From contig NC_057719.1 of assembly GCF_004010195.1 (NCBI RefSeq), positions 38,105,722 through 38,169,721 on the forward strand: a stretch of 64,000 bases of DNA, written 5' to 3'. The translations under genes were made by a program, and so were the position numbers. The DNA comes from Chiloscyllium plagiosum. Its lineage: Eukaryota. Below, piece after piece: positions 39,185 to 51,930 of the stretch. Every line of letters begins with the position of its first letter. The stretch's first letter is position 1. The notes below the pieces were generated by a model. It had not been told where the DNA came from. It made no database searches and worked only from the letters and a program-made list of their open reading frames with translations.

Positions 39185-39273
39185 TGAAGAAGGGCTAATG
39201 CCCGAAACGTCGATTCTCCTGTTCCCTAGATGCTGCCTGACCTGCTGCGCTTTTCCAGCAACACATTTCCATC
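39185..39273 (+). mobile_element. PLE tail fragment starting inside the hammerhead core
   Basis: tgaagaagggctaatgcccgaaacgtcgattc..., essentially identical to 20529-20610. Confidence 0.85.
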
Positions 39274-39888
39274 TCACCAGGGATTTGTAGAGCTGCAGCA
39301 AAACCTCGCAGCTCTTAAACTCTATCCCCCTGTTGATGAAAGCCAAAACACCATATGCTTTCTTAACAACCCTATCCACTTGGGTGACAACTTTGAGGGA
39401 TCTGTGCACTTAAACACCATGATCCCAATGTTCCTCCACTGCCAAGAATCCTGTCTTTAATCCTATATTCAGCATTCAGGTTCGACCTTCCAAAATGCAT
39501 CACATTGCGTTTATCCAGGTTGCACTCCATCTTGCATTTCTCAGCCCAGCTCTGCATCCTGTCTATGTCGCCCTGCAGCCTGCAATAGTCCTTGATACTA
39601 TCAATGATACCTCCGACCTTTGTGTCATTGGCAAGTTTACTAACCCACCCCTCCACCTCATCCAAGTCATTTATAAAAACTACAAAGAGCAGAGGCCCAA
39701 GAACAGAACCCTGCATGACACCACTCCCCACTGATCTCCAGGCAGAATACTTTGCATCTACAATCATTGTCTTCTGTCAGCCAACCAATTCTGAATCCAG
39801 ACAGCCAGATCTCCCTGTATCCCACATCTCCTGACTTATGAATGAGGCTACTGTGGGGAACCTCATCAAATTCCTTGAAGTCCATATA

Positions 39889-40257
39889 CAGGACAACGTT
39901 TTACTGGTTGACAGGTTCCACCTTTGCCCTGTACTGGACAATATTAGAGAGGTTATCTGGGGAAAGGGGCTTTAAGGTACACCCTTGTGTAGAGCTCCAG
40001 GGAAAGTGAGAGGGGAGAGAGAGCGAGGGCAGAAGGTCAGTCATTTGGAGATGATGCCTGGACTCTCATCGATGTCCAGGACTGTTCTTGGCATCATTTC
40101 AGTAAGCCAAGTTCTCTTTTAATAACTGTAAACAAAAGACACGATCTGTGTTGGAAACTCGTCTTTGATGTAATGTTTCTATCGGGACCTTGAGATCATC
40201 ATCTTCGGATAATCCGGAATTCGGATACTTGATATTCGGATAATCGAGGTTCCTCTG
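39889..40257. mobile_element. Tigger/pogo-like non-autonomous DNA transposon
   Basis: TA on both sides within the CR1; right end cggataatcgaggttcctctg with repeated TTCGGATA; left TIR mostly missing. Confidence 0.7.
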
Positions 40258-41392
40258 TACATCACGTCCACTGCTTGACCTTTGTCAACTTGTCGAATCA
40301 CCTCCTCAAAGAACTGTCATACTTGTGAGCCATGACCTGCCCCTCACAATGCCATGCTGACTGCCTTTATTCACACTGCGCTTTTCCAAATAGTCATAAA
40401 TCTTATCCCTCCGAATTCTTTCCGAAACCTTGCTGACCACAGACGTAAGACTGACTGACTGGTGTGTAATTACCCCTCTTGAAAAGAGAAACAACATTTG
40501 CCTCCCTCCAATCCTCTGGTACAATTCCCTTGGAGAGTGAGGAAGCAAAGATCTTCGCCAGTGGCTTGGCAACCTCCTTTTCTTGCTTCCTGGAGCAACC
40601 TAGGATAAATCTGGTCTGGCCCTGGGGACTTAGCAACCTTAATATTTACCAAAATTTCCAGCAAATCAACTTCTTCAATCCTGATCTGTTCAAGCCTATT
40701 TCCCAGCTCCTCAAAGTTCTCATTCACAACAATATCCCTTTCTTTAGTGAAAACTGAAGCAAAAAAACTCATTTAGGGCTTCCCCTATCTGCTCAGACAC
40801 CAGCACATGTTCTCTACACTATCCCTGATCAGCCCTACCTTCTCCCTGATCATTCTCTTGTTCCTCACGTATGAGTAAAATGCCTCTGGGTTCTCCCTAA
40901 TCCATCCTGCCAAGCCTTTCTCGTGCCCCCTGTTGGCTCTCCTCAATCCATTTCTGAGCTCCTCTCTAGCAAGCCTGTAATCCTTTAAAGCTGTGCTTGA
41001 CCCTTGTTTCCTCCACCTTGTGTAAGTTGGCTTTTTGCTTTTGCTGAGAAGCTCCTCTGTTCTCGTATCTGAGGCTCCTTGATCTTACTCCTTGCCTGTC
41101 TGAGAGGAACAAATTTATGCATCACTCGAAACAACTGCTCCTTAAACAGTCTCCACATGTCTGTTGTGTCCAGACAGATGTCAATAGATATCAAATTTTT
41201 CTAATGCACCTTTCCAATTTTGACACGTGATTTTCAAGTTGCAGTTCCACAATATTAATTATGGGGTTGCTATTGCCAAAAATAGCAACATGGTATTTTA
41301 ATATTTGTGATTTCTGCAAGGAGTGTCCTGTCCAGATGGTTCTGATGCTTATGCATGATAATTATTGCTCTTGTTGCTAAGTCTTATTAAAT

Positions 41393-41487
41393 GATTTCTG
41401 ATGAAGGGATTATGCTCGAAACATCGACTCTCCTGCTCCTTGGATGCTGCCTGACCGGCTGTGCTTTTCCAGCACCACACTCTTCGA
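41393..41487 (+). mobile_element. 95-bp PLE tail insertion starting at a decayed hammerhead
   Basis: TSD cttattaaat (41383-41392) / cttgttaaat (41488-41497); ctgatgaagggattatgctcgaaacatcga. Confidence 0.8.
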
Positions 41488-43479
41488 CTTGTTAAATCAC
41501 AACCCATTCAAACTTGCAATACGCAAATATGTCTATGCATTCTGCTCAATTACAAATAAGATAATCAGCTTATCATAGTAGCATTGAAATAACTTGTGTA
41601 TGGGGGAAGGGATAATGGCGGAAGATAAATTTAAATCTTGAAATTGTGAACTTTTTAATATGTTGAATGGACAGTTTGATCCTTTTAAAATTTGGGACAT
41701 GGACTATAGTGGTTCAAAAAGGCAGCTCACTACCACCACCACAAAGGCAACTGGGGACGAGCAATAAACGCTGACCCAGCCAGTCTTGCCTATGTTCCAT
41801 GAATGAACTTCGAAAAGCCATCTAGTCGTGCCAATCTATTCTAAATTTCTTCCATTTGCTTTTAGCACACCTCTTCTCCCACCTCACCCCAAAGCATAAT
41901 GCAGACTGGTTTAATTGAAGTTACATATGTTGTTATAATGTAACTGCTACCCATTAGCTTTGGTATTTTAATATTTAATTTAAGGTAACTATATATGTAG
42001 TGAATATAAACTTCTATCTTTGCATTTCTCCCCATGCACAGAAGTTGCAAAGAATTGCCAGGAACGAGAGAACCTTGGAATGCTGGTCTGGTCACCTAAT
42101 CAGAATATCTCCGAGTCCAAATGTAAGTTTGCACTTCATTTTATATTTTAGATATTAAATGTTATGTTTATAGTCTTTTCACTTTTAAAACCTTCAAGAG
42201 GTCGATTTTCAAATGCTTTTTTTTCTCAAATTGCTTACAGATGGTTTCTGCTGGATCTTCACTTTTACTTTTTAAATGATTTTATTCCTTTTTCTTATTC
42301 CATTCCTATGACTTTATTTTTCTCTGCATGAATGATTTGCTGTTTTTTGTCAGTCATAATTGTGGTTAGAATAATAAAAATCTTGTTTTCTGCTGTCCTA
42401 AAGAATAATTCAGCTGGTATTCAACCAATAGTAATAGGACGCTAGTGCCCATTATCAGACAGATTCTCAGAGGAAACTGTAAACAACATGTAAAATATGT
42501 TAGGTGTGAAGAGTTTTGCTTGTTGTTCAAATCATTGGAAACCCGTCCACCCACTTTGAATAACTATCTTCACAATGAATAGGTGTTTACCTCTTGTTCT
42601 GAAAAATGTATATGCAGTCTTTCCCAGTCTAGCTATCCATTTCCATGGTTGTAATGGAACTAATAGTGGCTTTTCTTCTGTTTGACCTGGACTGTTGCAC
42701 TGTCTGTTATGTCCTTACATAACCTATTTCATCAAAATTTTTGGCTAGACTCTATCAAACTCATTCTTGAGTGTTGATCATGAAGGTGTCATAACCACAG
42801 TAATCTGTAGCTTTCAGCAATTGCCACTCTAGGTCTGCACAGCATAACCTCTGACAACTAACAGCTCTTGCTTAACCACCACAGGGGTAACTCAATTACA
42901 CTCAATCTCGATTCTTTCCACTTCTTGCCTAAGTTCTCTTAGAGAATATGTCTCTGGATGGAGCTTGTGATCCTTTAAGCCCATATGTTGGCCTTAGATT
43001 CTTGAATTTGTTTGGTGACTTTACTAAATACCTGAAGTATTTAACTCATTTTGTGTTGTGAATTTTACTTCTTTCAGTTTAACCTGACTGCTACCAATTC
43101 AGCTGCTTTCTTGCAAGGCTGGTTTTTAACACTTCACTACGGTGATGGGCAATTTTGCACTTAATTCCAGTCACGTGTAAGGAACAAATACACTCCTTGT
43201 TAAAATGGAAACTTTTTCTTCTCGATAATGTCAGAAATCAGGTGAGATTCCTCCAGTTGCTGCTTGCTGAAACTTGTCATGCTAGTTGATACTCCTCTGT
43301 CAACTTCCTATTAACTGGTGCTTCATCCAATGCTACTTGAATGGCAGTGCTTACCATGGCTCAATTGGCACAGTGGTAAAAGATCTGGATTCAAGTCTCT
43401 CATGCCCCACATGTGGCAGCACGTGTCGAGTTGATTTTAAAATATCTTTTGGTCATTTGACGTTTATAGTCGCAGAATT

Positions 43480-45135
43480 AGTCTATTTGGCTAACCATGG
43501 CTTGTATGTTTCTCAACCCCATTCCTCCTGTCTTCACCCCTAAACCTTATTCCCTTACTGATGACGACCATATCTATATCTGCCTTAAAGGCACTTATTG
43601 CCTCGTCCCTCAAGAAATTCTTCCACATCTCACTGAGGCTGTGCCTTGTGGTCCTAGTCTCCTAATAGTGGAAACATCATCTCTGCATCTGTTCTATCCA
43701 GGACTCCCAAGTATTCCGTAAGCTTCAATCACCACCACCACCACCAACACTCCCCTCCACCCCCACCCCGCCATCCTCTGTGTTCCATTAAGTACAGACC
43801 CAGAGTTCTCAACTGTTCCTCATATGATTATCCTTCATCCCTGAGATCATTCTGGTAAACCTCTGGGCATCTCCCAAGGCCAGCACATCTTTCCTTAGAG
43901 AGAGGGCTCAAAACTCTCAATATTCCAAATGTGATCTGACCAAAACCTGATTCTCTGTTTGCGTCGTCTTAAAATAAATCTTCACATTACATTTGCCTTC
44001 CTAACTGATGAGTGAACCTACTTGTTGCTCTTAAGCGAATCCTGAGCGAGGACTTTCAAGTCCCCTTTGAACTTCAGATTTCTGAAACCTTCTCTTTAGA
44101 AAATAGTCTGTGCATCTATTCTTCCTACCAAAGTGAATCACCTCCCTTTCCCACATTGTATTCCATCTGTCACTACTTTGTTCACTCTGCTAGCCTGCCC
44201 AATTCCTTCTGCACTCTTCCTGCTTATGCAGCACTACCTGTTCCACTTATCCTTGTATATCATCAGCAAATTTAGCAACAGTGCCCTCCATCCCTTTGTC
44301 CAGATTGTTAATATGACATGAATAGATGTGGTCCCAACATTGACCCCTGTGGAACTCTACTAGTCAAAGACTGCCATCCTGAAAAAGACCCCTTTTTCCC
44401 TATTGTCTGCCTTCTGCCAGTCAGCCAGTTGTCTATCAGGGCCAGTACTTTGCCTCTCACACCATGAGCTCTTAACATTTGGGAGCCTCTTCTGCAGCAT
44501 CTTGTCAAAGGCTTTCTGGAAATCTAACTGGATTGCACCCACTTGCTCTCCTTTGTCTAACTTGCTTGTTGCCATTTCAGTAAATTCTAACAAATTTGTC
44601 AGGCATAATCTTCCCTTGATGAAGCTGTGCTGACTCAACGCTATTTTATCATGCACTTCCAAGTACTCTGTAATCTCGTCCCCAATAATGGACTCCAATC
44701 TTACCAAGACCAGGCCTATAGCTTTCTGCGTTCTTCCCTTCTTAAGCAGAGGCGTTACATTAGCCATTTTCCAAGTCTGTGGAACCCTCCCAGACTCCAG
44801 TGATTCCAGTAGGATCACCACCAATGCTCCTAAAATCTCCTCACCTACCTTCTTCAGAACTCTGGGGTGTAGTCCATCTGGTCTGGGTTACTAATCTATC
44901 TTCAAGTCCTTTCAGCTTTCCTAGTATCTTTTTTTAGTAATGCCCACTGCACTCACCTCTGTCCCCTGACTTCCTTGAAGTTCTGGTGTACGGTTGATGT
45001 CTTCCATTGTGAAAACTGTTCTCCATTACTACTACAGGCTCACTTTCCAGTGGTCCAATGTCCACTCTTGTTGCTCTCTCACTTTTTAGATATCTTAAAA
45101 AATACTCTTATCTGCTTTCATATTACTAGCTTTTC
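43480..45135 (-). mobile_element. CR1-type LINE ORF2 RT and 3' end
   Basis: VPQTWKMANVTPLLKKG, CLTNLLEF, LDFQKAFDK, VPQGSMLGPHLF. Confidence 0.9.
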
Positions 45136-47877
45136 AATTTGGGCCATCATCGACCTGCTGTTGTTTGAGAACTATATGCACTGATTGCCCATTCCTCCAG
45201 CCAGCATTTTGTCTATTGTATTCTTTAGTCTTGTCTTGACAAGGTGACCCTACTTCTTATACCTGTTCCACTGAATGCAGAATTGTCCATTTCTGAAGGC
45301 TATATTGGCGAAGTATTTGCAACTTTGTATTGCTACTATCTGTGGGGCCTTTGGCTTACTCAGCTGCAACTTACTTACTTCAGAAGATTAGTTATTAACT
45401 GTGTCTGATGAGTCACGTTCTTCTGTGTTCATGGATGGTGCTGATTTGCAAGCTATGTCAAAGTTAACTTTGGCGATGTCAGTATCTACTTTGAATGCAT
45501 TGACTGTTTTAAGCCATGCACAAGTCAGTCTTGTAGTGCTGTCTTAAAATTTCCAAATTATGTTGAATATATAGGTTTTGCAAAGCCACAATAAACTCTC
45601 TAAAGCCCTCAATGTTAGTCGATTCTTGTTTTGAAACACTCAGCAATCCCCAGCGGTTTGGGACTGTGATGTATTCACATTTATACAAAATGTCTGACCA
45701 TTGCAAATCTTTGTCTCAGCTGGGACAAGCTGTTGCTATCCCCTCCGTGGGAAAAAAAAGAGCCTGATTAGAAGTTAGCTTATTCGGATCTTTGCAGTTA
45801 TTACTAACATTCAAAAACAGTAGTGAATGAATTGTATGCATCACTGACCATCACTCTTGTCATGAATTGCAGTACTGATTTCCCCCCCTTCTAATGTGAC
45901 TTTAGAGTTTGGCATCAACTACTGGGGATATGTGCAGATCAATAATTATAAACTAATCAAACAGCTTGATCAGCCAATCAGTTTAAAGAATTATTACAGC
46001 AAACCAGGAAATAAAATGCAAAAGTTGTAGTTATTTTATAAAGTGCTTAATTATGATTGAGACAGACATTTGGATTAAGGTAGAAGCTGTTGTCATAAAC
46101 TTAAATATTTTTCATTGTCTAATTTTCTTTTAGAGAATACATTTTGTAATTTATAGTGTAGTGACTGAAAAAACTACTGTGAATTTCCTCTTGTCGCTGT
46201 GCATCTTTGCAGCTTGTGCATAGCTGCTGTGGTGCCATCCCAACACTAGGTCTGTGACCTGTCTACTTGGAAGTAGACTTGTGTCAAGGACCCCAGCTGA
46301 AAGAGGTCTGGTGGTGTTGGATCAGAACCTCTATCAGATGTAGTGGGGACAAGTGTTGCCATGTTCCCAATCACTGTGGGCCTGTTAGAGCCCCGTATCC
46401 TGAAGTACACCCTAGTCCTGGGTACTGGAGTCAGGCCTTCTGTCTCGGTGGGAGGAATCCAATTATACTTTTAAATTCTTGGGTTTCAGTATCTAAATCG
46501 CTGTTAACTATTGTCAAAATTGTTCAAATGAAAAGATGGAGGAACCGTAATTCATTCTTTTTGTGATCTCTGCATTTGACTGTCAATTCATTCCTGGATG
46601 TGTTATCGGCTGGGGGTCTGACAGCAGCGAGGGTTGAGGGGATGGACTGTGAGTGAAGTGTTGAAAGGAGATATTGGTCCTCATTACCAAATTACAGACT
46701 AGTATGTTGAGCATTAAAAGGGTTGGAAAGGCAGTGTAATGTTGTGAGAAGCTTGGTACCCCTCCCACCTAGATTTCTGGCCCCTCCATTTCTGGTCTCT
46801 GGCTTCATCAGCATAACTGCCCTGTTGAAATGTCCCTTATTTTATTATACAGATGCCACATTAGTTGCCATCTCAAATTTAGGGAAACTTGTCATTAGAT
46901 AGCCAATTCCTAATTTGACTGTCCCTGTCAGTGACACACGATACTGCTTGCATCTTAACACACACCCTTTTTCTGAAACTTAATTTTAAAATATAAGTTT
47001 TCTATCCCCATTTCCAAGTACAGTTTTGTCCACTAATGAAAATGAAACGTCTTTCAGATATGAGATATTGCCTTGTGCTCCATTTATAAATGGTATATAC
47101 ATAAGAAGAACCTTGTGCCAATCATCTTGGCTTTTGATATCAAAAGCGTTTGATCACTTTGTGAGAAACCTTAGGGTTAGCAGTTCGTCATGTCTTATGG
47201 GTAATCAAATGTCACTGCAAAGTGGATGGGAAATATTTCTTCGATGGTTTGTTGGATAAAAGTTTTTGCCACAGGATGTAATTGATGCAATAACCATAAC
47301 GTCTTTTATAGGAAAAATAGACACTTACTTGAAATAGAAAATATTATTGGAGTATGCTGCACAAGTTTTACTCTGGTTAACTTTGGGATACTATTGGATT
47401 CCAGTTTGTGATCTTGTAACCTTACTATAGTGAGTGTGCTCAAAAATGACAAGTAATGTGTAAATGGAACAGGTAAATTTGAACTACGTTAGCTTGACAT
47501 TTCTTGTAATTAAATTGTTGATGAATATGAGGACATCAGCTAATTGTTGGCAGATTTGAAATAAGTACATGTGAAACAGGGAGGAGAGAGAATCTCCTGA
47601 ACAGTTCTTGACACTTATTTTCTTCGTTGGATGGCTGCATGACATGCACTGAAATCCATCACTCTGTTTAGTTTAGACATATAACAATTGAGGCAATTTC
47701 CCTTCCCATGTGGTTAAAGATGCCCTCCAACGCATCTCGTCCACATCCTGCACCTCCGCCCTCAGACCCCACCAACCGTAACCAGGACCGAACCCCCCCT
47801 GGTGCTCACCTTCCACCCTACCAAGCTTCGCATAAACCAAATCATCCGCTGACATTTCCGCCACCTCCAAACGGACC

Positions 47878-48154
47878 NNNNNNNNNNNNNNNNNNNNNNN
47901 NNNNNNNNNNNNNNNNNNNNNNNNNNNNNNNNNNNNNNNNNNNNNNNNNNNNNNNNNNNNNNNNNNNNNNNNNNNNNNNNNNNNNNNNNNNNNNNNNNNN
48001 NNNNNNNNNNNNNNNNNNNNNNNNNNNNNNNNNNNNNNNNNNNNNNNNNNNNNNNNNNNNNNNNNNNNNNNNNNNNNNNNNNNNNNNNNNNNNNNNNNNN
48101 NNNNNNNNNNNNNNNNNNNNNNNNNNNNNNNNNNNNNNNNNNNNNNNNNNNNNN
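47878..48154. other. Assembly gap (277 N)
   Basis: N run. Confidence 1.
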
Positions 48155-48446
48155 CCACTGCAACTCCCAGGTCATTTCCTCTGCCCTGAAGCTTTTCAAC
48201 CATGTCCTGAAACAGACTCGCTACCACAGCCACATTTGCTTCCTCATTACCTGCCTCCGTTACCAAATAATCCTCCACGGACTCCGGGCCACCTTTAAAC
48301 CAGCAGAGTTCGGATCCGAACAGGTCACTCCACCCTCCTGTCTGACCTATCCCCCCACGCCCGCCCCCACCCACCTATTGTACTCAATGCTACTTTCTCC
48401 CCACCCCCACCCTCCTCTCATTTATCTCTCCAGGCACTGTACCTGT

Positions 48447-48482
48447 ATTCCTGATGAAGGGCTTTTGCCCGAAACGTCGATT
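48447..48482 (+). ncRNA. Minimal type I hammerhead ribozyme motif, intact core and stem II
   Basis: ATTC-CTGATGA-A-GGGC(tttt)GCCC-GAAACGTC-GATT. Confidence 0.82.
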
Positions 48483-49067
48483 TTACAGCTGCTCGGATGC
48501 TGCCTGAACTGCTGTGCTTTTCCAGCACCAATAATCCAGAATATAACAATTGAGATACACTGCAGTAGCTCACAAAGACTTACTTGACACATTACAAATC
48601 TCTGTCCTCTATCCGCCAGAAAGACAGGGCCAGGAGAATGCAAGTACCCTGTAGGTTGCACGCCATCATACTTTTGAATTATATATTGCTGCTGTTCCTT
48701 TACTGTTGCCAGGCTGAAAATGCAAGAACTCTGTTCCTGCACGACATAAAACTGTAGCAGTTCAAGAAGGAAATTTTAGATGTTCAATGTCATTGGCAGA
48801 GTCGACATTTAAAGTCATCCTAAGAATGAATAAAAACAAACTTTTTTGTGTACAAGTTTGTAAAGCTAACATTTAGAAAGCCAAAGGGATGGTATAGTGT
48901 ACCACTGGTTAAAAGGAAAGAGTTTGCGGAACAACCTCTCTTTTATGGTATTACCATCCTGTTCTTTACTAGGTTTTTAATAGAATTTTAAATTGAAAAT
49001 TCATTCTTTGAGATTAATGAAGTTCGTATCTCAGATTTAAAGCTTTAATGCTAATTCTTACTCCTCA

Positions 49068-49360
49068 GCAGGGCTCATTGGTTAGCACTGCTGCCTCAAA
49101 GGGACCTGGGTTTGAGTCCATCCTTGGGTGACTGTCTGTGTGGAGTTTGCACATTCTCTGCATTCCTAAGTAGGTTTCCTCCGGGTGCTCCTGTTTCCTC
49201 CCATAATCCAAAAATGTGCAGGTTAGGTGGATTGAACATGGTAAATTTCCCAGTGTCCAGGGATGTGCACACTAGGTGGACTAGCCATAGTAAATGCAAG
49301 GTTAGCGCGATGGGGTGGGTCTGGGTGGAATGCTCTTTTGGAGATTCAATGTGGAGTCAA
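49068..49360 (+). mobile_element. HE1 SINE (older subfamily)
   Basis: ggttagcactgctgcctca head and V-domain. Confidence 0.85.
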
Positions 49361-49383
49361 TCAGCTGATTTGGGGAAAAAAAA

Positions 49384-49687
49384 GGGCGGCACGGTGGCTC
49401 AGTGGTTAGCACTGCTGCCTCACAGCACCAGGATCCCAGGTTCGATTCCAGCCTCGGGTGACTGTGTGGAGTTTGCACATTCTCCCCGTGTCTGTGGGGG
49501 TTTCCTCCGGTGTCCTCCCACAGTCCAAAGATGTGCAGGTCAGGTGAATTGGCCGTGCTAAATTGCCCACAGTGTTAGGTGCATTAGTCAGAGGGAAATG
49601 GGTCTGGGTGGGTTACTCTTTGGAGGATCGGTGTGGACTGGTTGGGCCGAAGGGCCTGTTTCCCCACTGTAGGGAATCTAAATCTAA
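49384..49687 (+). mobile_element. HE1 SINE, full length
   Basis: TGGCTCAGTGG, GGTTCGATTCC, V-domain, aatcta tail. Confidence 0.93.
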
Positions 49688-51489
49688 ATTTTTAAAAAAT
49701 CATGAAGATATCAAATTGGAACTTAAGTTGCAGTGCTTGATTTGGGACATTTCTGGTTGAAACACCTGTCACAAGATTATATCCTACTTTGTGCAGCATC
49801 TCAGCAAATGCAATCAGTTGACAGTCATTTGATAAAGCTTTAGCTTATGAGAAATATTGCAAAGGTAAGTTACTATTTAATTATGTATGATTTCATTTTT
49901 GAAGGTTATTTGAAATAGTAACAATTTGAGGTCAGTTTCACAGTTTATAATATTTTGAATCCATTTATCTGATTGTTTCATGGTAAAACAGCAAATAGCC
50001 TTGCTTACTGAACCAATAATGTAGATGTGTTGCTAAAATAGAATTGTCAGGATACACCTTTAGCAATTCAATTGTAAATCCTCGGACCAATTCAAATTTC
50101 AATATTAGGCTGCCATTTAATAATATTTGATTTAATTGATTAACTTTTTAATGTTGGTGGCTGTTTTCTTTAAAATCCTTCCTAAAGGAAGAGGTAGCAA
50201 AGTTTTAGTGTCAGCGCTAATAATTGAGGCTTGGCCTAATGCTCTGGTGGTATAAGCTGAAATATCACAAATACTATACCTGGAATTAAAACTGGTCAAA
50301 TGGTGACCATGAAACCATCATTGTTGTAAAAACTCGCCTGGATCACCTGTGCTCTTTTGGGTAGAAAACCTAGTATCCTGATCTGCTTTGACTTGCATAT
50401 GACCCCAGGCCCATAACATAGTTGACTTTTGGCTTCCATCTGAAATGACCTAGCAAAGTACTGTTGTATGTGACCTCCTGGAAAGTTTTTAAAACAAAAA
50501 AAAACAGACGGACCACCTGGAATCAACTGAGACATTGAAATCCAGTACTGTGAACCCTGCAAAGTAAATCCTGCTTACTCTTGTCTGAAGACAAGTGCCA
50601 CAATTGGGAATGCTATCTCTCAAACCAGTTAAGCAACACTGTGGAAAATGTCATGCTCTCAAATTCCTATCTTGCAAACAATGCCCTAGACAATGCCATC
50701 ACCTTTCTCTGGCCTGTGCTGTCCCACCAGCAGGACTACAGTGTGCAGTGTCCAGAGTGGCAGATCAGTATGTACACTTGGGAGGACTTTGATCTGGGAA
50801 TCTTCAACATTAACTCTGGAGTCCAGGAATTTTCATAGTTTCCTTGCTCACATCTGACTTGATACCACCTGTTGATTATTATCTACCACATCAAATGAAT
50901 CAGTACAACTTCATCTTGAACACCAATTGAAAGAAGTACTGAGCAACAAGAGCATAGAACGTACTCTGGTGCCATCTTTACCTAGCAAGAATTACTGAAA
51001 TGCATGAGAGCTTGGCATGCCCTTCGTCAAACTATTGCAGTGTAGTTGCAACACTGGCATCTATCTGACAAGGTAGAATATTGTCCAGCGATGTCCTGCA
51101 TAAGAAATCATACCTGGCCAATTTCTGTTCCGTCTGTCTACTTTCAATCATCAGTGAAGTGATAGAAGGTGCTATTAACAGTGCAATTAAGCAGCATTTG
51201 CTTAGCAATAATCTGTCAGTTGATGCCTAGTCTAGGTTCCACCAGGGCCACTCAGCTCCTGACTTCACGTATGAACCAAGGTTGTAATAGACAAGAGAGC
51301 CAAGTTCCAGAGATGAGGTGTGAGTCGACTACCGTTGGGGTAATTGCCAAACTTGAGAGAGCCCGAGATGCCTTCGCAAAACTGGAATCAATGGTCATTA
51401 TTCAATGACATTTTCATCACTGAATCCCCCATCCTCAATATACTGAGGATTATCATTGACCATAAACTGAATTGAACTAGCCGTATGAA

Positions 51490-51594
51490 CTAGCCCATTC
51501 CTGAAGAAGGGCTTATGCCTGAAATGTCGATTCTCCTGCTCCTTGGATGCTGCCTGACCTGCTGCGCTTTTCCAGTAGCACATTTTTCAGCTCT
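51490..51594 (+). mobile_element. 105-bp PLE tail insertion starting at a hammerhead (51497-51532)
   Basis: TSD tagccgtatgaa (51478-51489) / tagccatatgaa (51595-51606); attcctgaagaagggcttatgcctgaaatgtcgatt. Confidence 0.85.
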
Positions 51595-51845
51595 TAGCCA
51601 TATGAATGCTGTGGTCTCAAATGTAAACATTTTAATATAATTCTTATGGTACAGACATGATCGTCCAAAAGACCTATTCTGTAATGCATGATTGTAGCGC
51701 AGATCAGGCTAGCAATGCTGCAGTGAGTAACTCAAATCTTACACACACGCGCCACATACGTAGCACAGATCAAAAGTATGATGGAGCACTCTCCACTTGC
51801 CTGAATGTGTAGTTCCAACAACACTTGAAACTTGATATTATCCAC

Positions 51846-51930
51846 TCGGATGCTGTCTGAACTGCTGTGCCCTTCCAGCACCACTAATCCAGAATCTGGT
51901 GTCCAGCATCTGCAGTCATTGTTTTTACCC
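51846..51930 (+). mobile_element. 85-bp PLE tail insertion with 9-bp TSD
   Basis: attatccac at 51837-51845 and 51931-51939; matches 25464-25545. Confidence 0.85.

Larger units (their letters stand above)
38867..41170 (-). mobile_element. CR1/HER1 LINE ORF2 fragment hosting a PLE tail and a MITE
   Basis: KSPGPDQIYPRLL, VPEDWREANV, GVMQGSVLGPLLFVVFINDLD, KLANDTK. Confidence 0.92.
47693..48540 (+). mobile_element. Neptune-type PLE insertion with 14-bp TSD (spans a gap)
   Basis: atataacaattgag at 47679-47692 and 48541-48554; PLVLTFHP linker; intact hammerhead. Confidence 0.88.

Noticed and set aside
47673..48374. Longest ORFs in the track (233 and 196 aa)
   Set aside because: Artefacts of reading through the N gap inside a PLE
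49384..49460. tRNA-like sequence with A and B boxes
   Set aside because: It is the head of an HE1 SINE, continuing into the V-domain; not a tRNA gene
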